Below are positions 49,808-59,039 of a DNA stretch of 64,000 nt, in pieces. A model generated the notes under the pieces. That model was not told the DNA's origin. It made no database searches and saw only the letters and a program-made list of their open reading frames with translations. Location of the stretch: positions 5,472,001 to 5,536,000 of the forward strand of contig OZ245838.1 in the NCBI GenBank assembly GCA_965228735.1. The letters are read 5' to 3'. Both the position numbers and the translations under genes were made by a program. The DNA comes from Planctomycetota bacterium. Its GTDB lineage: Bacteria > Planctomycetota > UBA1135 > UBA2386. Positions within the stretch are counted from its first letter, which is position 1. Every line of letters starts with the position of its first letter.

Positions 49808-50529
49808 GGTCGGGCCTCCAGCAGTTGGTCGAGCCGGGTCCAGATCTCGTTGGTGTGATCGGTGAGCGCATGATCGCCGCCGTCGACGATCCACAACGCC
49901 TTGCGTTCGTTCTCGATCGCGGCAAAGAACCGGCGGCTGCGGCTCACCGGCACGATGTCGTCGTTCGTGCCGTGGGCGATGAGGACCGGGACGGTGATGC
50001 GATGCGGGAGCGCGCGTTCGTCGAGCGTTCGCGCGTCGTCGAGCACGCGTCGTGCCAGCGGAAAACTGCGGCCGTCACCGGTCCGCATCATACCGTCGTG
50101 GTCGACGCTGCGTTCGAGCCGGTGCACGAACCCGAGCGCGGGCGCGATCAGGGCGAGCCCGCGCACGAGATCCGGCCGTCGTGCAGTGACGAACGCGCTC
50201 ACCATGCCGCCGAGGCTCGAGCCGACGACGATCGCGGGGCCGAACCGTTCGAGCACCGCGATCGTGTCCGCGATGAGTTCGCCGATCGTGACCACGCCGA
50301 TCGTGCCGCTCGAACCGCCGTGACCGCGCAGGTCGAAGCGCGTGAACGCGCGGCCGCGGGCACGGGCGTGGGCCCACAGCGAATCGCTCTTCTGGCCCGC
50401 GCGGTCGGAGCCGAGCCCGTGCAGGAACAGGTAGCCGGGCGCGGTCGGTGCGTTCTCGGACGCCGGCTCATGGTCGCCCACGACGTGGTGGCCGGCGTCG
50501 ATCTCGAGGCGAAACTCGCGGCGGTCCAT
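49804..50529 (-). CDS. Alpha/beta hydrolase
   Basis: FLHGLGSD, DLRGHGGS, GSSLGG, HGTNDDIVP, GGDH. Confidence 0.9.
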   Translation of the reverse strand: MDRREFRLEIDAGHHVVGDHEPASENAPTAPGYLFLHGLGSDRAGQKSDSLWAHARARGRAFTRFDLRGHGGSSGTIGVVTIGELIADTIAVLERFGPAIVVGSSLGGMVSAFVTARRPDLVRGLALIAPALGFVHRLERSVDHDGMMRTGDGRSFPLARRVLDDARTLDERALPHRITVPVLIAHGTNDDIVPVSRSRRFFAAIENERKALWIVDGGDHALTDHTNEIWTRLDQLLEARP

Positions 50530-50567
50530 CGGCAGATCGAACCGGGTACCGTACGCCGGGCCCGGGC

Positions 50568-52745
50568 TCAGATGATCTTCTCGATGCTCTGGATGGTGAC
50601 CTGCATCGGGCCGGCCGGCGTTGGGACGTTGGCGGTCTCGCCGACGGCCTTGCCGAGCAGTTCCTGCGCGGCCGGCGCCTTGTAGTTGATCGTGCTGTCG
50701 TCCGAGCCGTCCCACGGCCCGAGGATGCGGTAGGTGTTCTGCTCGCCTTCGCCGTTGACGATCGTGACCTTCGTGCCCGGCGCGGCGATGTCGTCCGGCA
50801 CTTCCTGGTCCTCGATGAGCTTGGCGCCGCGGATCATCTGATCCATCTCCTGCGCCCGCGACGTGAGATTGCGCTGCTCCTCCATCGCGGCTTCCCACTC
50901 GCTGTTCTCGCTGAGATCGCCGAGCGACGCCGCCGCGCCGATCGCCTTGCTGTTCGCCGGGATCTTCTCGTCGACGAGCACGCTGTACTCCGCCTTGATC
51001 CGGGTGAGTCCTTCCTGCGTGGTGAGGACCTCGTACTTCTCCCAGTACGGGATCTCTGGCTCGGCCAGGATATCCGGGTAGGTCTTGAGGATCTCGCGGT
51101 CCACGAGGTCCGACAGCTCCTGCGGGAAGTCCTCGCCCGCGCGGCGGATGATGCCGTGGTACTGCAGGACGTCCTCGCGGCTGATGCCCTCGAGCGCGGT
51201 GTAGATCAGCCCGCGCTTGCCGGCGAGCAAGCTCGTCAGGCGGTTGAGCAGGCGGCCGTGGAGCGCGTTCTTCTTGCGGTCCTCGTTGAGGATGCGGCCG
51301 AGGTGCAGCAGCACGCGGCCCATCGCGACCGGGTGCGGCTTGCGCTCGTGGCCGTCGAACAGCCCCTCGGCGTAGAGCTTGCCGAGCAGGTAGATCGCGA
51401 CGGGATGGCGCCGCGGGTAGGGCGCGATCTTGTCCCAGGTCGGCAGCAGCAGATCGGCCTTCTTGGCCGCGGCGATCTGGTCGACGACGCACTCCATCAC
51501 GGAGTTGGGCCAACGCGTCCACTTGACGGCGCACTGCTCGGCCCAGTTCTCGCCGAGCGCGGTCGGCAGCAGCGCGACCGCGTGCTCGCGCGACTCCTGC
51601 GTCGCGAGGCGGTCGAGCGCCGGGTGATCGAGCGTCCCGTCCTCCTTCACGAGGAGCTCCTTCACTTCCTGCGCCGCCGGAACGGACGCCGAGCGCTCGT
51701 GTTCTTCGAGGAACAGGATGCCGTCGAGGATGTGCGCGTGTGATGCCTGCTTCTCCGCGATCGCCTGCTCGACGACCGTCGTCGTGAGGTCGAGGATCTG
51801 CGTGCGCACCTCGTCGTCCTGGCCGCGCGCGAGGTAGTCGCGCAGGACGCCGATGCGCTGGCCGAGGTCGTTCTCGTGGTGCAGCGCGGCGGTCGCTTCC
51901 TCGAGCAGGCCGACGGGCTTCTTGCGCAGGATGAACGTCGGCCGCGTGCGCGAGCCCTCGACCTTGAGCCACGGGTCCTTGGTCGCCGCGGCGCGGGCGC
52001 GCTTCCAGTAGCTCGCCCACGACTTCTCCGGGATGACCGAGCCCGCGAGCTCCTTCTTGACCTGTGTGCTCGTGATCTCGCCGCGGTAGAGCGACGCGGC
52101 GCGCCGCACGAGCATGCTCGGGTCGTTCTTCGCCTCGTCCTGCAGCTGCTCCATCTGCAGCAGCTTCATCGCGCGCAGGTCGGTCGCCTCGAGCGGCTTG
52201 AAGCTCGAGAGCAGCGTGTCGAGCGGGAACGGCGAGCGCCGGCCGGTCGCGAACTTGACCGTGGCCTCCTCCGTCGCCACGTCGAAGTCGTCGATCACGC
52301 CTTCGCCCCAACCGGCGCCGTGGTAGACGACGTAGCCCTTCGTGTAGCGCCGCAGCCGATCGAACTCACAGATCGCTGCCGCGTCCGAACCATTCGTCAG
52401 TCCGGCGCGCTTCTTCAGCGTCTCGTAGTAGTCCTCGCTGCCGTAGATCTTCTCGACGAACTCGGCGATCTGCGTCGTCAGCGCGTCGTAGTGCGCGTTG
52501 CGCCGCACCATGCAGAAGCCCAGTTCCATCGCCGCCCGCTCGTGACCGCTCGCACTCAGCGCCTCGATCATCGTGCTGCCGAGGTTCAGCGCCTTGCTCG
52601 TTTGGTCGCGATCACACAGCAGGTCGATCACCGCCGCGTAGGCATCCACCTGCTCGGCTTGCGGCGATTCCGCCGCGGCTGCCCACTCGGTCTCCAGGGC
52701 GTCGATTTGGGAGGAACGCGCGAGGTGGACGAGATCTTGCGTCAA
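50568..52745 (-). CDS. greA: Transcription elongation factor GreA with long N-terminal extension
   Basis: C-terminal GDLSENSEWEAA and ILGPWD..INYKAP..LLGK; about 570 additional N-terminal residues. Confidence 0.88.
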   Translation of the reverse strand: MTQDLVHLARSSQIDALETEWAAAAESPQAEQVDAYAAVIDLLCDRDQTSKALNLGSTMIEALSASGHERAAMELGFCMVRRNAHYDALTTQIAEFVEKIYGSEDYYETLKKRAGLTNGSDAAAICEFDRLRRYTKGYVVYHGAGWGEGVIDDFDVATEEATVKFATGRRSPFPLDTLLSSFKPLEATDLRAMKLLQMEQLQDEAKNDPSMLVRRAASLYRGEITSTQVKKELAGSVIPEKSWASYWKRARAAATKDPWLKVEGSRTRPTFILRKKPVGLLEEATAALHHENDLGQRIGVLRDYLARGQDDEVRTQILDLTTTVVEQAIAEKQASHAHILDGILFLEEHERSASVPAAQEVKELLVKEDGTLDHPALDRLATQESREHAVALLPTALGENWAEQCAVKWTRWPNSVMECVVDQIAAAKKADLLLPTWDKIAPYPRRHPVAIYLLGKLYAEGLFDGHERKPHPVAMGRVLLHLGRILNEDRKKNALHGRLLNRLTSLLAGKRGLIYTALEGISREDVLQYHGIIRRAGEDFPQELSDLVDREILKTYPDILAEPEIPYWEKYEVLTTQEGLTRIKAEYSVLVDEKIPANSKAIGAAASLGDLSENSEWEAAMEEQRNLTSRAQEMDQMIRGAKLIEDQEVPDDIAAPGTKVTIVNGEGEQNTYRILGPWDGSDDSTINYKAPAAQELLGKAVGETANVPTPAGPMQVTIQSIEKII

Positions 52746-52855
52746 CTTCTAAGGCCTGGTTGCGGTCTATCAGCGAAAATGGGGGCAGGCACGATACCGA
52801 CTCCGAGACCCCGAGACCAGGACCCAAAGCGCAGAAGACCGGACCGCGGAATCTC

Positions 52856-53250
52856 CCGGCCCCGCGCCTAGCGGAAAATGCTGCTCGCAGAGCCCGTACG
52901 CCAAGCCGGGTACGACCGTCCGGCCCCTCTCCCTCGCCCGACCCCCCGAACCCTGCCCATGACAGTCTCCGTACGCCGTCGGCGAGCCTCGCCGTCCGGT
53001 GTTCCAGCCGGCTCCGCGCCTAGCGGAAAATGCTGCTCGCAGAGCCCGTACGCCAAGCCGGGTACGACCGTCCGGCCCCTCTCCCTCGCCCCACCCCCCG
53101 AACCCTGCCCATGACAGTCTCCGCACGCCGTCGGCGAGCCTCGCCGTCCGGTGTTCCAGCCGGCTCCGCGCCTAGCGGAAAATGCTGCTCGCAGAGCCCG
53201 TACGCCAAGCCGGGTACGACCGTCCGGCCCCTCTCCCTCGCCCCACCTCC
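52856..53250. repeat. 152-bp tandem repeat, about 2.6 copies
   Basis: CTAGCGGAAAATGCTGCTCGCAGAGCCCGTACG... begins at 52868, 53020 and 53172; few substitutions between copies. Confidence 0.95.
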
Positions 53251-53264
53251 AAATCCACCAAGCC

Positions 53265-53930
53265 CTACTCTGCGAGCCTGGAGATCAGCGTGTTCACATT
53301 CGTCGTCGAACAGCTCTCGTCGAAGCACGAGAGCGGCACCTCATCGAGCACGTCGTCACTCGCGACCACGATCACATAGAACTCCTGACCGTATTGCCCG
53401 CGGAACGCGGTGATCTTCTTCAGGATCGGCGACTTCGGATCCTCGACGCCCTCGATCACGACGCTCTTGCCCTCGCGGCCGCGACCGCGCAGGACGATCT
53501 GCGGAGCGTAGGCCGCGACCCGGCCGCCTTCCTCGAACCTGACCTCGTAGTGGCGCGGTGAATGGCTGTGGACGATTCCGGCCATGCCCAGACGATGGCA
53601 GATGTTCTGCTCGATCGCGCTCGACAGCAGTCGCCCACCGCAGCGGCCGAAACCGCCGCCGCCGCCGCCGTGTGCCATCAATTCGTCGTCATCGTCGACG
53701 TTGACGAGGGCGCGGGGGATGACCAGCGGCGGGGCCTTCTTGGTCGACTTCGCGGCTGCCGGCCGGCTGGCCTTGCCAGAACGGCTGCCGGCCTTCTTCG
53801 CAGGCGGACCCTTGCGAGTCGTCGAGCTGCTCGCGGCGCGCTTCGTCGTCTTCTTCTTGGCCTTCTTGGTGGCCTTGGAGGCCGCGGCCTTGGTCTTCTT
53901 CTTGGGTTTGGTCGGGGCTTTGGATGCCAT
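53265..53930 (-). CDS. Protein with Lys/Ala-rich histone-H1-like N-terminus and a degenerate PD-(D/E)XK-like C-terminal domain
   Basis: MASKAPTKPKKKTKAAASKATKK..., DDDDE/GGGGGG linker, EQNICHRLGMAGI..YAPQIV..VVIEG. Confidence 0.65.
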   Translation of the reverse strand: MASKAPTKPKKKTKAAASKATKKAKKKTTKRAASSSTTRKGPPAKKAGSRSGKASRPAAAKSTKKAPPLVIPRALVNVDDDDELMAHGGGGGGFGRCGGRLLSSAIEQNICHRLGMAGIVHSHSPRHYEVRFEEGGRVAAYAPQIVLRGRGREGKSVVIEGVEDPKSPILKKITAFRGQYGQEFYVIVVASDDVLDEVPLSCFDESCSTTNVNTLISRLAE

Positions 53931-54477
53931 CGGGTCAGCGCCTCGGAATCAGGGGTCTCATTGGGCCGGGCGGGCCCGGATCCGGTCTGGCCGCTGCGCT
54001 GCACTGGCTTCCGTCAGACACCGCCGCGCCGTCCTGCCGCGGTCGGGTCCGGAACCCGCGTGTACCGAGGTGCTTCCCGAACCCGCTGCCCGGAATGAGC
54101 TTGTGTGGGTCCGGCAAGAGCTTGAGAGGCAAGCGTCGGCTGGCAGTCGGAGCTTGGGCGGGTCGGTGGAGGCCCGATCGCGTTCAGCTGGCCGAAACGG
54201 CCATTGTAACACGGATCTGCGCTTCGGGAAGTCCTATGACGGCCGTCTCGGACATCTGCCCGTCCCCCTCGAGCCTACTGATGGCTTGCGTGTGGCCCGA
54301 CGTGCGTAACCCGTTGCCCAGGAAGCGATCCCGCGCGGTCGTTCGTCCGGGCGGACCCCAGCACGCGGAAGCTGGCGGCTGGCCGTGGGTGGGGCGCTGT
54401 GGCAGCCGGGAAATCCACACGCATGACATCAGTACCGTTGCTCCGGCGGGCTCGGTGGTCGACAGTCCGGCTCCGCG

Positions 54478-55065
54478 ATGTCCGAACCGTCGACCGACCC
54501 CGTAGCTACGCCCGACGCGAGTTCGAACGAACGGTGGCTGAGCCGGCCGCTGCTCGCGTTCTTGCTGCTGGTCGGCGGCGTTCTCGTCTACTCGGCGGTG
54601 TTGCGTTTCGCCGCAGTGGACCTCGAGACCGCGATCCGCGAGCTCGCGGACGGCGATCTCGAGGGGCCGTATCCGTCGCGGCCGGACGAGCCGAAGGGCT
54701 CCCGCGTGCGGATGCTCGAGGTCGCCCGGGACCTGGGCGCCATGGCCCCGGCCGCGGACGCTCGGGCGCAGTGGGCCGGGCTGCTCGCGGCGGTCGCGCT
54801 CGCGGATCGGCCGGCGTTCGAGGCGGCGGTCGCGCGGCTCGGCGGGGGGGCTGTTCCGAGCATCGTGCCGGTGGGCGAGGCGCGGCGTTTCCTCGATCTC
54901 GGGGACCCGATGCTGGGCAACCTCGCGGCCGCCTTTTGGTCCGAGGCGGCCGGCGATCGCGACCGGGCGCGGCTGCGCTGGCAGCAGGTTGCGGCGCAGT
55001 GTCGATATGCCCCGCGCCCATTGGCGGCGGCCTTGGCCGGCGAGGCGCTCGAACGTCTGCGGTGA
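54478..55065 (+). CDS. Hypothetical single-TM protein
   Basis: LLAFLLLVGGVLVYSAVL followed by a helical domain. Confidence 0.6.
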   Translation: MSEPSTDPVATPDASSNERWLSRPLLAFLLLVGGVLVYSAVLRFAAVDLETAIRELADGDLEGPYPSRPDEPKGSRVRMLEVARDLGAMAPAADARAQWAGLLAAVALADRPAFEAAVARLGGGAVPSIVPVGEARRFLDLGDPMLGNLAAAFWSEAAGDRDRARLRWQQVAAQCRYAPRPLAAALAGEALERLR

Positions 55066-55186
55066 CAGCGGGTTCTGCACGGTTGCCTGCGAACACCGGG
55101 CGCCGGAACGGGCGATTCCCATCAAGCTGATGGTCGGGTTCATCCGATGCTGAGGGGAAGGGGGCGACCCCGCGCGAGGAACGGCA

Positions 55187-56476
55187 ATGGAAGATACCCG
55201 GCTCGGAGCACTCCTGCTCGAGAGTGGATTGATCACGGAGGAGGACCTCGAACGGTGCCTCTCGATCCAGGCCCTGACCGGCTCGGTCCGGCCCATCGGC
55301 CAGGTGCTGGTGGAGCAGGGCTTCGTCGACCAGGCAACGGTCGGTCGTCTGCTCGCCCTGCAGAAGGAGCGGGCGGTGGCCGCCGCCGCCAAGGTCGCGG
55401 CAAGCGACACGATGAGTTCGTCCCTGCTCGGGGCCGCGGGCGCGAGCCGGGCTTCGGAGATGGTCGTCAGCGAGGGCCGGCGCGTGCGCGTGCGGGTCGG
55501 CGGTGACTGGCGCGATCTGACGAACGATGCGGTCGCGGGTCCGGAGGTCTGGGACTTCGCACGCGAGGTGGTCGGTCCCGAGGTGCTCGAGGAGGTCGCC
55601 GCTGGCAACTCCGTCCTGCGCCCGTTCGAGTCGGCCGACGGCGGCCGTGGCACCGCGCGGGTGTTTCGTCACTTCGACGGAGTCGGCGTTCGGCTGCAGT
55701 TCGAGGTCGCGCCGGACGCGGGTGAGTCGATCGGCGTGCCGGCGTCCGTCAGCGACCTCGTCGCCGAAGGGCGTGGCCTCGTGCTCGTCGCGAGCGAACG
55801 CGGCGAACTGCGCAGTGAAGCGATCGTCCACCTCACGGAACGCGCAGCGCACGATGCGAGCAAGCACGTTATCGTGATCGGTGACGATCCGCTCGCGTTT
55901 GCCGATGCGCCGGCGCTCTGCACGCAGCACCGCCTCGGCGACACGCCGCCGGAGCGGGCCGCCGCGTTGCGGCACGCGTTGCGCCACGATCCGGACGCGA
56001 TCGTCATCGCCGACCTCGGTGACGCCGCGGCGTTCGAGGTGGCCCTGCGAGCTGCCGAAGGCGGACGGCTCGTCATCGCGTGCCTCAGCGCCAGCAGCGT
56101 CGGGGCGGCGTTGCACCGCATCCTCGACTTCTATCCGGAGCACGACCTGCCGCGCGTGCGTTCTGCGCTCGCCGCCGTGTTGCGCGCGGTCGTCGTGCGC
56201 CAACGCCTGCCGCACAGCAGCGGCGAGGACAGCGTGATCGCGAACGAACTCCTGCTCGTCAACGACGCGGTGCGCAATGCGCTGCGGCGCGGCGGGCTGT
56301 CCGATGTCACGGCGTTGCTGCGGCTGCAGAGCGGCGAGTGCGGCCACGCGCTCGACAAGAACATGCTCGAACTGCTGGCGAAGGGCGACGTGCGAATCGA
56401 GGACGTGTTTGCCCGGGCCGAGGAGAAGGCCTGGGTGCTCGAACGAACGCGCGACGTGCAGAACGTCACGGAGTGA
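55187..56476 (+). CDS. PilT-like protein with N-terminal MshEN module and degenerate ATPase motifs
   Basis: RLGALLLESGLITEEDLERCLSIQ...IGQVLVEQG; ALRHDPDAIVIAD; AVRNALRRG; Walker A replaced by ASERGELRS. Confidence 0.8.
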   Translation: MEDTRLGALLLESGLITEEDLERCLSIQALTGSVRPIGQVLVEQGFVDQATVGRLLALQKERAVAAAAKVAASDTMSSSLLGAAGASRASEMVVSEGRRVRVRVGGDWRDLTNDAVAGPEVWDFAREVVGPEVLEEVAAGNSVLRPFESADGGRGTARVFRHFDGVGVRLQFEVAPDAGESIGVPASVSDLVAEGRGLVLVASERGELRSEAIVHLTERAAHDASKHVIVIGDDPLAFADAPALCTQHRLGDTPPERAAALRHALRHDPDAIVIADLGDAAAFEVALRAAEGGRLVIACLSASSVGAALHRILDFYPEHDLPRVRSALAAVLRAVVVRQRLPHSSGEDSVIANELLLVNDAVRNALRRGGLSDVTALLRLQSGECGHALDKNMLELLAKGDVRIEDVFARAEEKAWVLERTRDVQNVTE

Positions 56477-56483
56477 AGCAAGC

Positions 56484-57551
56484 GTGGACAACTCACGACT
56501 CGAAACCCTGTTGACGGCGCTGATCGAGGCCGATGCGGCTGCCGTTCATCTCGTACCCGGACGACCGGCCTGCCTGCGCGCGGCGCGGCGGGTCGTGCCG
56601 TTGTCGGGTGATCCGGTGACGGGCGAGCTCGTCAACGAGTTCGTCCGGGACCTGCTGTTCTCGGACCATCGCGCGACGCTGGCCGCGACGGGCCGCGTCG
56701 AGGTGCTCTACATGGGCCGCGACGGGCGCCGTTACCGCGCCGGCTTCACCGAGTGCGCCGGCGGTCGGGCCATGACGCTGCGGCCGTTGCCGACGGCAGT
56801 GCCGCGGCTCGAGGACCTCGACCTGCCCGCCGAGGTCAAGAGCCTCGTACGCCATCGGTCGGGGCTTGCGCTCGTCGCGGGTCAGTTCGGCGCCGGGCGC
56901 TGGACCACGATGACCGCGCTCGTCGACGCGCTCAACCGCGACCCGAGTCGGCACATCGTCACGATCGAAGATCAGATCGAACTCGTCCACGCGGCCGGCA
57001 ACGCGCTGTTGCACCAGCAGGAGCTCGGGCCACACGTCGAGACCGTGGCGCGCGGCATCCGCCAGGCGGTCGCCCTCGGGGCCGACACGATCGTCGTCGC
57101 CGAGCTGAGCGACCGCGATGCGACCGAAGCGGCACTGGCGGCGGCGGAATCGGGCTGTCTCGTGCTCTGCGGGATCGAGGCCGGGACCGTCGTCGGCGCG
57201 CTCGCCGCGCTCGAACTGCAGGCCGAGACGAACGAACGCTCCCGACTCATGCGGCGGCTCTCCAGGGTGCTGCGCGGCGTGACCTCGCAGTTCCTCCTGC
57301 CGCGCGCGGACTCGGAGGGGCAGGTGCCCGTCGTCGAGATTCTCGCGGGCACGCCGGCGGTCGCCGCTGCGCTGCGAACCGGTGAACTCACGCTGCTCGC
57401 GCCGATCATGGAGCGCTGCCGCGGCATCGGGATGCGGACGGCGGAAGCCGCGCTCGCGGAGCTGCAGTCCAACGGCCTCGTCAGCGCCGCGGATGCCCGC
57501 CTCTACGCGGGCGTCGACATCGGCCTCGGCCGCGCGCCAGCACGCGCCTGA
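56484..57551 (+). CDS. PilT/PilU-like protein with degenerate ATPase motifs
   Basis: HIVTIEDQIE, VPVVEIL, GMRT; Walker A GQFGAGRWTT lacks the Lys. Confidence 0.8.
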   Translation: MDNSRLETLLTALIEADAAAVHLVPGRPACLRAARRVVPLSGDPVTGELVNEFVRDLLFSDHRATLAATGRVEVLYMGRDGRRYRAGFTECAGGRAMTLRPLPTAVPRLEDLDLPAEVKSLVRHRSGLALVAGQFGAGRWTTMTALVDALNRDPSRHIVTIEDQIELVHAAGNALLHQQELGPHVETVARGIRQAVALGADTIVVAELSDRDATEAALAAAESGCLVLCGIEAGTVVGALAALELQAETNERSRLMRRLSRVLRGVTSQFLLPRADSEGQVPVVEILAGTPAVAAALRTGELTLLAPIMERCRGIGMRTAEAALAELQSNGLVSAADARLYAGVDIGLGRAPARA

Positions 57552-57752
57552 TCTGCGCGCCTGGTTCGCGCGTCTTGATTCGCGCGACCGACGCCACACC
57601 CGGAGCGCGACGCGGTCGCCGCGCCCGCGGTGACAGGGTCACCACGCAGCGGAACTCCGCCGCTGCTTCGTCGTTTCGGGAGAACCCGCGGAACGGCCCG
57701 TCGCGTCCGCACCTGCGGTTGCCGAACGCCTCAAAAAAGCGCGGCCCCGCGC

Positions 57753-57779
57753 TCAAGCCCAATGCCATGGGGCCGAGCA
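57753..57779 (+). promoter_or_regulatory. Putative sigma28 (FliA) promoter of flagellin
   Basis: TCAA-N15-GCCGAGCA versus consensus TAAA-N15-GCCGATAA. Confidence 0.6.
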
Positions 57780-57852
57780 TTCGAGTGACGGTCGGAGATC
57801 GAAGCCGGTCGTCACTCTTCGGCGAAACCAAGAAGGCAAAGGGAAACGACCA

Positions 57853-58680
57853 ATGGGACTTCGTGTCAACACGAACATCGCGTCGATCAACGCGCAGCGC
57901 AACACAGCGCTCGTGACGCAGCGGCTGGCCCGCAACTACAACCGGCTCTCTACCGGTCTCCGAATCTCGACCGCCGCGGATGACGCGGCCGGTCTGGCGA
58001 TCTCCGAACGGCTGCGTTCGCAGGTTCGCTCGCTGGCGCAGGCTTCGCGCAACGCCAACGACGGCATCTCGCTCGTGCAGGTCGGTGAGGGCGCGCTCAA
58101 CGAGGTGAGCAACATCCTCGTGCGGCTCCGCGAGCTCACGATCCAATCCGCGAACGGTTCGTCCTCGCCGCAGGACAAGAACACGATCAAGGAAGAGTTC
58201 GACAGCCTCGTCAACGAGGTGAACCGCATCGCGCAGTCGACCGAGTTCAACGGCATCAGGCTGCTGGATGGCTCGGCGTCGACGGTGACGTTCCAGGTCG
58301 GCATCAACACGACGGCGGGCATCGACTCGCTCGACGTGACGCTGACCCCGGCGCTCACGACGTCGCTCGGCCTGAGCACGGTGGACGTCGGTTCGGGCGG
58401 CAACACCAGCTTCGCGATCGGCGCGATCGACGACGCGATCAACCAGGTGTCGGCGTTGCGCGGCAAGTTCGGCTCGCTGCAGAACCGACTGCAGTCGACG
58501 ATCGCCAACCTCGGCGTGACGTCGGAGTCGCTGTCCGCTGCCGAGAGCCGGATCCGCGACGTCGATGTCGCCTACGAGACGGCGCAGCTGACCCGCAACA
58601 ACATCCTGCAGCAGGCCTCGATCTCGATCTTGTCGCAGGCCAACCAGCAGCCCCAGTCGGCGCTGCAGCTGCTGCAGTAA
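57853..58680 (+). CDS. fliC: Flagellin (minimal D0/D1 type, 275 aa)
   Basis: MGLRVNTNIAS, RLSTGLRISTAADDAAGLAISE, QNRL, SRIRDVDVA, ILSQANQQPQSALQLL. Confidence 0.97.
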   Translation: MGLRVNTNIASINAQRNTALVTQRLARNYNRLSTGLRISTAADDAAGLAISERLRSQVRSLAQASRNANDGISLVQVGEGALNEVSNILVRLRELTIQSANGSSSPQDKNTIKEEFDSLVNEVNRIAQSTEFNGIRLLDGSASTVTFQVGINTTAGIDSLDVTLTPALTTSLGLSTVDVGSGGNTSFAIGAIDDAINQVSALRGKFGSLQNRLQSTIANLGVTSESLSAAESRIRDVDVAYETAQLTRNNILQQASISILSQANQQPQSALQLLQ

Positions 58681-59039
58681 CGCGGCGCCGGCGGCGCGGT
58701 CTCCGAACGGAGTCGCCGAGTCGCTCGGGGCGCGCCGCGCGTCGCAGAACAGCATTCCAATGCCGGCGCAGCGGCTGCCGGCCGATCGGATTTCCTTTGC
58801 CGCAGCGGGCGACGCCCGCGGGATCGAGCCGGGCACGCCCGGCTCGATCCTTGTACCGGTAGTGCCGCGTACCGGGAGTCACCTTGCCGTTCGCGGGCCC
58901 TTCGCGCCCCTGGCTGCGTCGCGCGTCCTCGGCGTACCCGCCGATACTCCTGCGGATCGCTCCTTGCCAGGAACGCGACTGACCTCGCGAACGGCCAGGT
59001 GACTTCCGATCCACGGCACTCGCTGGCACGATCGTGGGG

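Noticed and set aside
49804..52311. 835-aa ORF suggesting a GreA-hydrolase fusion or frameshift
   Set aside because: Only the last 241 aa (from ATG 50529) look like protein; the upstream part is an alternative frame over greA, which has its own stop.
52856..53250. Possible CRISPR array
   Set aside because: The whole 152-bp unit repeats, with no unique spacers and no cas genes in the window.
53931..54477. Riboswitch or ncRNA in the long divergent intergenic region (also upstream of fliC)
   Set aside because: I could not match any known riboswitch consensus by eye; an Rfam/Infernal scan would be needed.
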